Of a DNA stretch of 33,220 bases, positions 7,041 through 15,516 are shown in pieces (position 1 is the stretch's first letter; every line of letters starts with the position of its first letter). Location of the stretch: IMG/VR virus record IMGVR_UViG_3300032330_001786, positions 1 through 33,220 of that record; one strand, 5' to 3'. The translations under genes and the position numbers were made by a program. The notes beneath the pieces were generated by a model. It searched no databases. It was given only the letters and a program-made list of their open reading frames with translations, and was not told where the DNA came from. Source of the DNA: a virus (taxonomy: Duplodnaviria > Caudoviricetes).

Positions 7041-7496
7041 ATGCCAGCAAGCAACCCATTTGATGATTTCGATGATGAGTTTTCAAGCCCTTCATCTAGC
7101 GGATCTTCTGAATCAGAATCAAAGCCTCATGAGCATGACTACTGGTGTGGTCACGGTGAAAATTGTTTCCTAGGGAAAAGTGAAAGTTCTGCAGGTCATG
7201 TACCTGATCGTGCTGGACACCAAGGCAGGCGCGTTCGTGCTCGTGTAGCAGACTTTATTGGCGGTGGAGACTCATACGCAGGGCCAAAAGAAGAAAAGCC
7301 TTCTAAAGCCCCGCTACGTGACCGTATTGCGAGTAAGATTGCTACTAAGCCTAAAGACGAGGGAGCATCAGGTGGAGGCTCTGTAACTCCAGCTGAATCG
7401 CTTGCTGGCCGCTCAGAACAGCCTCAGCACTACCACGGCTTTGATTGTTCAGATCCTAAGACCTGCACCGTACCGGGCGTAGGCGACGAATTTTAA
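7041..7496 (+). CDS. hypothetical low-complexity protein with two H-x-H-x3-C-x5-C motifs
   Basis: AAAGGA RBS; HEHDYWCGHGENC and HYHGFDCSDPKTC. Confidence 0.8.
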   Translation: MPASNPFDDFDDEFSSPSSSGSSESESKPHEHDYWCGHGENCFLGKSESSAGHVPDRAGHQGRRVRARVADFIGGGDSYAGPKEEKPSKAPLRDRIASKIATKPKDEGASGGGSVTPAESLAGRSEQPQHYHGFDCSDPKTCTVPGVGDEF

Positions 7497-7508
7497 AGCA
7501 TAACCCCC

Positions 7509-7550
7509 TAAAATAGCCCTATCGCACTCAGGTGTGGTAGGGTTATTTTA
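7509..7550 (+). terminator. 19-bp hairpin (terminator-like) overlapping a candidate extended -10
   Basis: TAAAATAGCCCTATCGCAC-TCAG-GTGTGGTAGGGTTATTTTA pairs fully with G.U pairs on the plus strand. Confidence 0.6.
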
Positions 7551-7551
7551 C

Positions 7552-8022
7552 ATGCTAAACAGAACCAAACGTCTGGTTCCCGCTATCGCGCTTCTTGCGA
7601 GCTTGCTCGTATCGCTCCCGATAGCCCAGGATCAGGCTAACGCTAATGTGAAAACTGAGATGTGCGGGCGTCAAGCTCAATCATCTTCAAGGTCAGCTGC
7701 CCGCTTACCTTACGCATCACCCAAATATAACCAGGCAGTAGCCCTCCGCATTATGTCCACAAGATATAACTGGTGTGGCAATGAGTACTCATGCTTGGTT
7801 ACCTTATGGAACCACGAGAGTGGTTGGAAAGTAAACGCTCACAATCCGTCGGGGGCCCACGGCATCCCCCAGGCTCTTCCAGGCAGTAAAATGTCTAGTG
7901 CAGGAGCCGATTGGCGAACAAACCCCACAACTCAAATAGGTTGGGGGCTACACTACATAAAGTCCCGTTATGGAACTCCATGTAGAGCGTGGGCATTCTG
8001 GTCCAGTCATAGATGGTACTAG
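7552..8022 (+). CDS. secreted lytic transglycosylase (SLT/lysozyme-like fold, actinobacterial type)
   Basis: signal peptide ending ANA; CLVTLWNHESGW (catalytic ES), AHGIPQALP, NPTTQIGWGLHYIKSRYGTPC.AW. Confidence 0.9.
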   Translation: MLNRTKRLVPAIALLASLLVSLPIAQDQANANVKTEMCGRQAQSSSRSAARLPYASPKYNQAVALRIMSTRYNWCGNEYSCLVTLWNHESGWKVNAHNPSGAHGIPQALPGSKMSSAGADWRTNPTTQIGWGLHYIKSRYGTPCRAWAFWSSHRWY

Positions 8023-8029
8023 GATAAAA

Positions 8030-8066
8030 GGCACAGGGCTTGTGGCAAACCCATGAGCCCTGTGCT
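8030..8066 (+). terminator. hairpin after the transglycosylase, followed by TGcTACTAT extended -10
   Basis: GCACAGGGCTTGTGG-CAAAC-CCATGAGCCCTGTGC. Confidence 0.6.
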
Positions 8067-8115
8067 ACTATTTATACGTTGCTTCCGGAGCAACACTTAC
8101 ACAATTAGGAATAAA

Positions 8116-8523
8116 ATGAAAAAAATTGCAATTGCTGCAGGTTCAGCCCTGCTACTAGCTAGCCTTGCTGCGTGTGGTACAAATACCACACCTACTGATA
8201 CAAATACTGTGGCAGTGGCCCCAGCTCCTGTTGATACTTATGTACCTCCTACACCAGATGAGCAGTTTATTTACGATTTGCGCAACGTTGGGGATTCTAA
8301 TATTGATGGTCAATCAGACTCATCACTGCTTGAACTTGGCCATAACATATGCAGTGCCTTAGATGAAGGCAACACGGTAACCGATTTAATTAATTACCTT
8401 GTAAACAGTGGCTCTATTACTGGCATTGAGCGTACTGCGGGTACATTAATTGCTGCTTCTGTTACAGATCTTTGCCCAGAGTATACTGGTCAAGTAAACG
8501 ACTTTTTGACTCAGAACAGCTAA
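8116..8523 (+). CDS. DUF732-like lipoprotein
   Basis: start MKKIAI with AGGA RBS; lipobox LAAC; DEQF..DL...GHNIC..L..G...AASVTDLCPEY pattern. Confidence 0.8.
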   Translation: MKKIAIAAGSALLLASLAACGTNTTPTDTNTVAVAPAPVDTYVPPTPDEQFIYDLRNVGDSNIDGQSDSSLLELGHNICSALDEGNTVTDLINYLVNSGSITGIERTAGTLIAASVTDLCPEYTGQVNDFLTQNS

Positions 8524-8525
8524 TC

Positions 8526-8660
8526 TTCTTAGACACCTAACCGCGCCTTGGAAGGGCTCTAAGAACAATGAGAACTAGAAACGTTACGGATAGGCAGTAG
8601 CCTCTAGGCGTTCGTATCCTCTCCTAGTTCTGTCACCTGAGTCATGTGAAAAACTGACTC
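8526..8660 (+). ncRNA. structured non-coding segment upstream of the tRNA pair (unassigned)
   Basis: stems TTCTTAGA/TCTAAGAA, AGAACTAG/CTAGTTCT, TACGGA/TTCGTA, AGGC/GCCT, and a compact pseudoknot CAC..GAGTCA..GTG..TGACTC. Confidence 0.45.
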
Positions 8661-8667
8661 ACCTTTT

Positions 8668-8747
8668 GCTGCACATTCCCCAAGGTGGGGAAGCGGACTG
8701 TAAATCCGTGGCCTATGGCGTGCTTGGTTCGATTCCAAGGTGCAGCA
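8668..8747 (+). tRNA. tRNA-Tyr(GUA)
   Basis: GCTGCAC/GTGCAGC acceptor, GCGGA-CTGTAAA-TCCGT anticodon arm, long variable arm, GTTCGATT T-loop. Confidence 0.9.
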
Positions 8748-8751
8748 CCCA

Positions 8752-8823
8752 TCCCGCTTAGCTCAACGGCAGAGCACCGAGCTGTTAACTCGTAGGTTCC
8801 TGGTTCGAATCCAGGAGCGGGAG
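8752..8823 (+). tRNA. tRNA-Asn(GUU)
   Basis: TCCCGCT/AGCGGGA acceptor, CGAG-CTGTTAA-CTCG anticodon arm, GTTCGAAT T-loop. Confidence 0.93.
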
Positions 8824-8888
8824 CTTAATAAGACAGTAGCCTTTTTATAGTTCATAATTAAGTATCTATTACTTAATTAAGGACTAAC

Positions 8889-9311
8889 ATGACTCCGTCT
8901 AATAATAAATGGGATGAACACCCAGCAGTCCGCACAGGCTCAGACCTGTCTTTAGGTGAAAGAGCCGCTGACGTTATACGTAACGGTATGGGATCTTGGG
9001 GCTTTGTTTTTGCCGCGGTATGTTTTTTAGCTGCATGGGTTATAGGAAATGGCGACCATGGGTTTGATCCATTTCCATTTATTTTATTAAACCTTTTGCT
9101 GTCATGCTTGGCAGCTTTGCAGGGCGCAATTTTGCTTATTGCAGCTAAAAGAACAGATCAAATTTCTAGTGAGCTAGCCGAGCATACGTATGAGATTGAT
9201 CGTGAAAACTTGGATGTAACTAAAGAGATAGCGGATTTAACAAAAAAAATTCAGGAACTAACCACAATCATTCACGATAGTGTGGCTGCGTCAAAAAATA
9301 AAGACAATTAA
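8889..9311 (+). CDS. DUF1003-like membrane protein
   Basis: LSLGERAAD....MGSWGF...FDPFPFILLNLLLS.LAALQ..ILL; two TM helices then a coiled coil. Confidence 0.85.
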   Translation: MTPSNNKWDEHPAVRTGSDLSLGERAADVIRNGMGSWGFVFAAVCFLAAWVIGNGDHGFDPFPFILLNLLLSCLAALQGAILLIAAKRTDQISSELAEHTYEIDRENLDVTKEIADLTKKIQELTTIIHDSVAASKNKDN

Positions 9312-9348
9312 GCAAGATTTCTACTAATAATAGTAAGAGGATATAAAT

Positions 9349-10371
9349 ATGCCAAGAGGAATGACAAATTTTAATACCGGTGCAAGAGCTCAATACACCT
9401 ATGATTTTAATGGGTACCAAGGGGCAAGAAACCCTTTTACTCAATTAGCGCAGGTATTTAATAGCGGTACTATGGCTGAACAAAGCGCTACTTTACAGGC
9501 ACGTCATGCTTTACTTATGGGTGCTGTAGACAATGCCAACCACCTCTCGCGATACCAAGGTCAAAGCGATATTGATTTTGCTGACTTTAAAAGACGTGGT
9601 AAGCACGGTACTAAGTCTGTCAGAAACCAACAGCACTACAATGAGCAACACTTTGCACATCTAGGTTTAGCTGTTACTGGTGTAGATAAGAATGGGGTAC
9701 CCACTCAAACTCCTACTGTTAGCAACTCTTTACAGCAGGACTCTGCGCACAAGTGGTATGACAAATTTGGAATTTTTCCAACAACTAGTGCAACGCCTTC
9801 TTATTCACAAAATCCATCAACAACTTCAACTTCTGGTGCCCAAGGTACTTTTACTATAAACGGTGGGTACAACCCTCCAACAGGATCTGCTTCAGCACCA
9901 GCTGCTCGACCACACCCAGGACGTCCACCAATGCCTACTAACCCATTTCCACCTGCCCTTCCTGGCAGTGGTGGAAAAAATATACCAAAATTAAGTGGTA
10001 CACAATTCCCACAATTTTCTGACATTGAGGCGCTTCCTCAAGGCAACACAGCGGGTGCCCCAGATACAGGCAGTGATTCTAAAAGGCCAATGGATGCCCT
10101 TAAAGGCAGGCCAGAGCATAGTGACTCTACTATTGAACCTCCTGCTACTCACATCAGTGATTTTACAGATCGCCCAATTGATGCAGGCACTGCAGGTCTT
10201 GCCGAAGAACATTCAGACACCGCTACGTCAAAAATTAACCCTGTTTTGCAAGAAGGCTCTGGTGGAAAACCGGCTTCGGGCGCTAAACCTCGTAGAGGCA
10301 GTGTAAGCACTGTATTCCAGCAACCTGGTGAAGAAACTAATGACGGCTCAAACGGAGCAGGAAAAAAGTAA
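9349..10371 (+). CDS. hypothetical protein, Pro/Ser/Thr-rich disordered C-terminal half
   Basis: 340 aa ORF with GAGG RBS. Confidence 0.8.
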   Translation: MPRGMTNFNTGARAQYTYDFNGYQGARNPFTQLAQVFNSGTMAEQSATLQARHALLMGAVDNANHLSRYQGQSDIDFADFKRRGKHGTKSVRNQQHYNEQHFAHLGLAVTGVDKNGVPTQTPTVSNSLQQDSAHKWYDKFGIFPTTSATPSYSQNPSTTSTSGAQGTFTINGGYNPPTGSASAPAARPHPGRPPMPTNPFPPALPGSGGKNIPKLSGTQFPQFSDIEALPQGNTAGAPDTGSDSKRPMDALKGRPEHSDSTIEPPATHISDFTDRPIDAGTAGLAEEHSDTATSKINPVLQEGSGGKPASGAKPRRGSVSTVFQQPGEETNDGSNGAGKK

Positions 10372-10372
10372 A

Positions 10373-12541
10373 ATGGCTAAGAAAAAGGCTACCCCACCTC
10401 CACCTCAGGAAAATCAATTTGAGGAAGTGGCTCCGCCAGAAACGGGGTCAGAAAAAGTATTTACTACAAGCACGCCTACTAATATTGGCCCAGGCCGTAT
10501 TGTTGGTGACGACAGTGGTGCTCCAGACCCTGATAGAGAAGATAACAACTTATACCCTAAGACTAGTTCTCTTTCATTAGAACAAGCTAGCTCTATAGAG
10601 CGCGAATTATCTGAAGTACCTCAAGGTGCTGTAAGACCTAATAAGCGTGCCGCTAGAATTAGGGGAGTTTCTAAAGCTCAAGTAACTAGGCATGAGGGTA
10701 CTGATGACTACACTCTAGGTATTTTGCAAAGAATAAATGCTGATCGCCAAGAGTCTAGTGAAATCAATATCAAAGGCCTTATTACTAAGCGTAAAAATGC
10801 TATTTTATCTGCCCCTATTGACAGTGAAGAGGGCAGGCAATACCCTCACCTTACTATTTACGCTAATCATGAAGCTCAGGGTGGCTGCAGATCTGATGGG
10901 GATATGGCGGATAAGTGCCCTACTTTACAAGGTAAGCGTTTAAGTTTTAAAGATTTTATGACGTCTCACGCACATGTTAAATACGTCAGAGAAGCTAAAG
11001 AAGAAGCAAAAAGTACTGCTGAAGATGAAATCCGTAACGGAAAAGACATTGTTACTGGAGCCCCGCTTAATGGAGCAAAGCTTTTAACTCCTGAGGATTT
11101 AAAGACTTCTAATAATGCTCAACACCTTGAGCGTTTGTATAAGCTTTCTGACTTGATGTATGAAGACCATGTTGCTAGATCTAGAGCAGCTGGTGTTTCA
11201 GAGCTTCCAAGAGAAGCTTACAGTCCAAAGATGATACGTGCTGCAATTCATACTCACATTAAATTTGGTAGAGACGTTGTAGAGCGCAAGTCATATGTAA
11301 AAGGTGTGGGTAGAGAAATTAAATCTGCTCCTAATTTAGTAGAGGCACTAAAGACTCTCCCATCTATTGCTATGCTGTGGCGTGGAAAATCATATGATGC
11401 CACTACTACTCATATTGATAGAGTGCATCAATTGTGGAGTGCTTTAGGTAAAGCTAGGTCTAGAAACCTTCAAAAACAAAACGCGGGCTCTGATATTGCT
11501 AAAGAAATGGCTTCTTTGCCGCCTGAAAAAGCTAAATTAAGAGAAGACCTCTATGACGCTAAAACTCGTCAATTAATGGGCCCTTCGGCATCTATGGTTG
11601 AAGATCTTCATAGTATGATTGGCGCTGTTCACAATGAAAAGGTACAAAGAGCTCGTGCAGAGCGTGGGCGTGTAACTAAAGCAATGAGCCCCGATGAAGC
11701 TAGAACTGCTAAAGCTTTAGCCACAATGGAGCGTCAGGAAGTAATCCCTACCCTTACTGGTGAAGAAATTGCTGCTGGTGAAGAGGCTGCAGGTACTGAA
11801 AAAGACCCAAGATTACAGGCTGCATATCAAGACCACGAAAATCAGCATAAAGCTACTCGACGTGAGCGGTTAGCTGCATTAGGAAGTAAGCCATCTCTTG
11901 CAGGTAAAGCATCAGCAATGTTTGATACTTGTACTCATGAAGAGTGTAATCAAGCTAGACGATCGGCTTCTGGAGAAGGTGGAACTTTAGGATTTAGCGA
12001 TTGGATGAGAATTCACGGTCCTAAAGATGGCGTGTCTAGCACTGCTCCGGGCCGTGAACCAAGTTTTGATGACGTTCAGGGCGCTATAACTGAAAATAGG
12101 CGCAGAACAGCTCAGGCTCTTAGAGCACCCTCTGCAGTAGATGACTTGCTTTCTCAAGGAAACAATACTGCTAACGGTTCTGGTACGGAAGTCCCAAATA
12201 ATAATGCTGATGATGCACTTTCTCAGATTCAAAAAGCTGTGCAATCAGGTGCTATTATAACCCCTAGCGGTAGAAATCCTAGAAGGGGCACTGTTAAAGG
12301 AGCTAGTAGACAAGCAGATGGTCAAGCAGTAATTGGAAAAAATTTATCGTTAGAGCACTGGCCAATATTCAAAACCTTACCTCCAAACGTACGAAAGCAA
12401 ATGCTGAACGTTCCTATGGTTGATCATCCAGAATTTCTCAACGCATACAACACCCACGTAAGCAATGAATTATCTAAAGTAAGAGCTGCGGCTAAAAAGA
12501 AGCAAACATATATACCGCAAGAATTTAAGTACGACTCGTAG
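10373..12541 (+). CDS. large hypothetical protein
   Basis: start moved to MAKKKA, directly after the upstream stop; ~722 aa, charged, partly helical. Confidence 0.85.
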   Translation: MAKKKATPPPPQENQFEEVAPPETGSEKVFTTSTPTNIGPGRIVGDDSGAPDPDREDNNLYPKTSSLSLEQASSIERELSEVPQGAVRPNKRAARIRGVSKAQVTRHEGTDDYTLGILQRINADRQESSEINIKGLITKRKNAILSAPIDSEEGRQYPHLTIYANHEAQGGCRSDGDMADKCPTLQGKRLSFKDFMTSHAHVKYVREAKEEAKSTAEDEIRNGKDIVTGAPLNGAKLLTPEDLKTSNNAQHLERLYKLSDLMYEDHVARSRAAGVSELPREAYSPKMIRAAIHTHIKFGRDVVERKSYVKGVGREIKSAPNLVEALKTLPSIAMLWRGKSYDATTTHIDRVHQLWSALGKARSRNLQKQNAGSDIAKEMASLPPEKAKLREDLYDAKTRQLMGPSASMVEDLHSMIGAVHNEKVQRARAERGRVTKAMSPDEARTAKALATMERQEVIPTLTGEEIAAGEEAAGTEKDPRLQAAYQDHENQHKATRRERLAALGSKPSLAGKASAMFDTCTHEECNQARRSASGEGGTLGFSDWMRIHGPKDGVSSTAPGREPSFDDVQGAITENRRRTAQALRAPSAVDDLLSQGNNTANGSGTEVPNNNADDALSQIQKAVQSGAIITPSGRNPRRGTVKGASRQADGQAVIGKNLSLEHWPIFKTLPPNVRKQMLNVPMVDHPEFLNAYNTHVSNELSKVRAAAKKKQTYIPQEFKYDS

Positions 12542-12557
12542 TAAGTGTGAGAGTCTA

Positions 12558-12779
12558 ATGTCCAGAAGTTTTAAAGACTTTCAAGATGCAAAGCGAGATA
12601 GGGTAAAAAACAAGCGCAAAAACTTACGGCACAATGGAAGAGAAGCTTATAAATATTTTTCAGGTGCCTATGAAGATGAAGACAGTGGCTATAACTGGGC
12701 ACCAAAAAGCAATGAAAAATCTTCTATTTATGGCTATAAAAGTGTAGGTAGGGGTTCTTCAGGAGAATCGAGTAACTAA
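12558..12779 (+). CDS. small hypothetical basic protein
   Basis: 73 aa; TAATG stop/start overlap with the next gene. Confidence 0.65.
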   Translation: MSRSFKDFQDAKRDRVKNKRKNLRHNGREAYKYFSGAYEDEDSGYNWAPKSNEKSSIYGYKSVGRGSSGESSN

Positions 12780-13081
12780 TGACAAATAAAAAGCATAATA
12801 AAGATTCATATATTTTAGGGCCTTACAAAGGTTCAGCAGCTAATGGTGGGCGCCCAATCTACGTAAAAAAGTACAAGGGCAAAGATGGAGAGTGGCACAC
12901 TACTTCTATAAATAAGGCACGTGTAGAGTACGAAAAAGATCACGGAAAAGTCGGAAAAGGTAAAGAAGTCGATCATAAAGATAATAATCATAACAATGAC
13001 AGAAAGTCTAATCTTAGAGTATTATCAAAGAGTCAGAACGTCGCCAAAGAGGACAGACGTAGAGCACACAAAAAGAAGTAG
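12779..13081 (+). CDS. HNH endonuclease-like protein
   Basis: EVDHKDNNHNNDRKSNLRVLSKSQN (DH.D...N...NL.....N). Confidence 0.8.
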   Translation: MTNKKHNKDSYILGPYKGSAANGGRPIYVKKYKGKDGEWHTTSINKARVEYEKDHGKVGKGKEVDHKDNNHNNDRKSNLRVLSKSQNVAKEDRRRAHKKK

Positions 13082-13086
13082 GAATA

Positions 13087-13299
13087 ATGAAAGAAAAAGT
13101 ATTAAAGTTTTTAGCAAAAAGCCCGTTAGAATCCGCTATTAAAGTCGGTATTGGTGCGGGTCTAGTATATATTGTTGACAACATTTCTTCTTTTAATCTA
13201 GACCCAACAATTGGTATTGTGGTAATCGCACTAGTAACCACTGCTATTAACGCTTTAAATCCTCATGATCCACGTTATGGAAAGTCTGCAGGGCAGTAG
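13087..13299 (+). CDS. holin-like small membrane protein
   Basis: two hydrophobic helices and C-terminal ALNPHDPRYG. Confidence 0.6.
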   Translation: MKEKVLKFLAKSPLESAIKVGIGAGLVYIVDNISSFNLDPTIGIVVIALVTTAINALNPHDPRYGKSAGQ

Positions 13300-13301
13300 C
13301 C

Positions 13302-13610
13302 ATGGCTGAATCCCCCGCGTGGCAGCGTAAAGAAGGTAAGAATCCTAAAGGTGGGTTAAACGCTAAGGGTAGAGCTTCTGCTAAAAAAGAAGGCCACAAC
13401 CTTAAAGCACCCGTAAAGTCTGGCGATAATCCTAGACGTGCGTCATTCCTAGCCCGTATGGGTGGTATGCCCGGGCCTGAGCATAAGCCTAATGGCGAAC
13501 CTACTCGTTTGCTGCTATCCTTGCAAGCATGGGGCGCGTCTAGCAAAGCTGACGCTAAGAAGAAAGCTGCCGCTATTCATAAGCGTAATGAGGGAAAAAA
13601 GAAAAAGTGA
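13302..13610 (+). CDS. small basic phage protein, DUF6321-like
   Basis: AWQRKEGKNPKGGLNAKGRAS...RRASFLARMGGMPGP...PTRLLLSLQAWG, a recurrent phage family pattern. Confidence 0.75.
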   Translation: MAESPAWQRKEGKNPKGGLNAKGRASAKKEGHNLKAPVKSGDNPRRASFLARMGGMPGPEHKPNGEPTRLLLSLQAWGASSKADAKKKAAAIHKRNEGKKKK

Positions 13611-14041
13611 GCGATTTAACTAAAGAACTCAGCGAATTGCTGGGGGATGTTACGGTCTTTTACTTTCGTGCCCACGGCTATCATTGGAACGTTGAGGGCG
13701 AAGATTTTGCTCAATATCACGAATTATTTGAAACTATCTACGAAGACGTGTATAGTAGTATAGATCCAATTGCGGAAAATATTCGTAAGTTAGACGAGTA
13801 TGCTCCGTTTAAATTAGATACACTCATAAAGTTGGCCTCGCTAAAAGATAGTAAGGTCCCGACCAAACCAGTGGCCATGGCAAAAGATTTGCTGGAAGCC
13901 AATGGCGAGGTACTCGAAAAACTAAAAAATGTTTTTCATACCGCAAATGATGCTGACGAGCAAGGGATTGCTAATTTCATTGCGGAAAGGATTGACATGC
14001 ATCAGAAATGGGCATGGCAATTAAAGGCCAGCACTAAATAA
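13607..14041 (+). CDS. dps: Dps / mini-ferritin
   Basis: HGYHWNVEG..F...HELFE..Y......D.IAENIR and C-terminal HQKWAWQL; GTGA overlap with upstream gene. Confidence 0.92.
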   Translation: MSDLTKELSELLGDVTVFYFRAHGYHWNVEGEDFAQYHELFETIYEDVYSSIDPIAENIRKLDEYAPFKLDTLIKLASLKDSKVPTKPVAMAKDLLEANGEVLEKLKNVFHTANDADEQGIANFIAERIDMHQKWAWQLKASTK

Positions 14042-14068
14042 CCCTCTAGAGAAAAGGTAATAAACCCC

Positions 14069-15094
14069 ATGGCAGAATCATTTGATGCCGGCGCCTTTGT
14101 AATTAACAAGGACGCTACACAGTTGACCGCAGGTTCTACGACACTTTTGTCCGTAGCACCTTGCGATCTTGATATTGCAAGTTTTGCAGTTTACCAGACT
14201 GCAGCTACTACTGTAGCATCGTCATTTAACATCAAGATCACCCCTCCAGTGGCTCCTGCTGTTTACGCACGTAGCTACAACTACAACTATGCAACCGCTA
14301 AGAACACACAGATCACAAGCATTTCTTCTGATCTTTCAGCTCTAACACTCACTGTTTCAGGCGCTTCAACGCTTGCAGCTGGTGACGTAATTACCGTTAC
14401 AGGCTCTACTCTTCCGTTCTGGAATTTGAAGGATGCAACCATTTCTTCTGTCTCACAGACAAATGGCCTTACGACTTCTTTCACGGTTAAGTACCCTGAA
14501 GTAACTGCTACCGCTACCCACCCAGGTTCAAAGATTGCGCTTGCTAACGTTAACACCACTAACCCATCAACTGGCGTTGTAAAGTACACCACAGCTATTG
14601 CACACGGTCTAAAGACTGGTGACCTAGTAACTGTTGGTGGTACAACAACTGGCGCTAACGATATTGGTACCGCTACTGCTGTAACTGTTCTAACATCTAC
14701 TACTTTCACAGTTGCCTCAAGCAACACTGTAGGTGCTGTTGGCGCAAGCGGTTACATCAACATCACGGTAGTATCAAACGGTGCTAACCCAATCGTAGTT
14801 ACAAAGGGCCAGGTAGTTGAAGCTGTTCAGCTAGTAACTGATCCAGATGTAAACCGTGCTCCTGATTACTCGCTATCAAGCACTCCTTACTACGCTTACG
14901 TATCCGATCAGGTATTGCTAGGCGGTGTAAAGGGCGCACAGTTCCCTGCTCCAGCCCTAGGCAACGGTAACGACTCACGTCTAGCAGGTAAGATTCCTGC
15001 AGGCTCAAAGGTTGAAATCGAAATGCTTTACACACCAACCTCTGGTACAACTGTTACAGGCCTTACTTACTCAATCGAGTTCAAGAAGAAGTAA
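14069..15094 (+). CDS. probable abundant virion surface/decoration protein carrying two beta-modules
   Basis: Thr/Val/Ser/Ala-rich beta sequence; YTTAIAHGLKTGDLVTVGG module; capsid-like codon bias (TAC/AAC/ATC); own terminator. Confidence 0.65.
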   Translation: MAESFDAGAFVINKDATQLTAGSTTLLSVAPCDLDIASFAVYQTAATTVASSFNIKITPPVAPAVYARSYNYNYATAKNTQITSISSDLSALTLTVSGASTLAAGDVITVTGSTLPFWNLKDATISSVSQTNGLTTSFTVKYPEVTATATHPGSKIALANVNTTNPSTGVVKYTTAIAHGLKTGDLVTVGGTTTGANDIGTATAVTVLTSTTFTVASSNTVGAVGASGYINITVVSNGANPIVVTKGQVVEAVQLVTDPDVNRAPDYSLSSTPYYAYVSDQVLLGGVKGAQFPAPALGNGNDSRLAGKIPAGSKVEIEMLYTPTSGTTVTGLTYSIEFKKK

Positions 15095-15110
15095 TCTCGC
15101 TTAACCCACA

Positions 15111-15155
15111 AGGAGCCCTACCTAAGCGCTATAATGCTTGGGTAGGGCTTCTTTT
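15111..15155 (+). terminator. intrinsic terminator
   Basis: AGGAGCCCTACCTAAGC/GCTTGGGTAGGGCTTCT followed by T run. Confidence 0.85.
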
Positions 15156-15174
15156 ATAAGATTAAGGAAATAAA

Positions 15175-15516
15175 ATGACTAAATGCGATAACTGCAGTGT
15201 TTCAGCTACTTACGTGTTAGATACCTCATGGGGACTTCCACAGTATTTTTGCGAAGACTGCTTACCAAGAGCTGTACGTGCACAATTTGGGCCAGAACAT
15301 CTAAAAGAGCTTACTCTTGAAGTTCCTGAAGAAGCAGTGGCTGAAACAGTAGTTGAAGAACCCCTTGTAGAGGAAGTTGTTGAAGCAGTAGCTGAAGAAG
15401 TTCCAGCCCCCTCTTCAAGAAAAAAGAAGAACACAGTAGCCGCTGAAGAGCCAGCAGAAGACAGTGCCCCAGTTGATGCTGAAGAGCAGGTAGCTGCTAA
15501 TGTCTCGGATAACTAG
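15175..15516 (+). CDS. hypothetical protein: N-terminal CxxC..CxxC finger and acidic tail
   Basis: CDNC...FCEDC; Glu/Val/Ala-rich tail; AAGGA RBS. Confidence 0.75.
   Translation: MTKCDNCSVSATYVLDTSWGLPQYFCEDCLPRAVRAQFGPEHLKELTLEVPEEAVAETVVEEPLVEEVVEAVAEEVPAPSSRKKKNTVAAEEPAEDSAPVDAEEQVAANVSDN

Noticed and set aside
8634-8660. Hammerhead ribozyme (CTGA...GAAA)
   Set aside because: CTGAGTC does not fit CUGANGA, and the three-stem arrangement is missing.
12779-13081. Intron- or intein-associated homing endonuclease
   Set aside because: Free-standing short HNH with no interrupted host gene or intron structure; TerL, portal and MCP appear uninterrupted.
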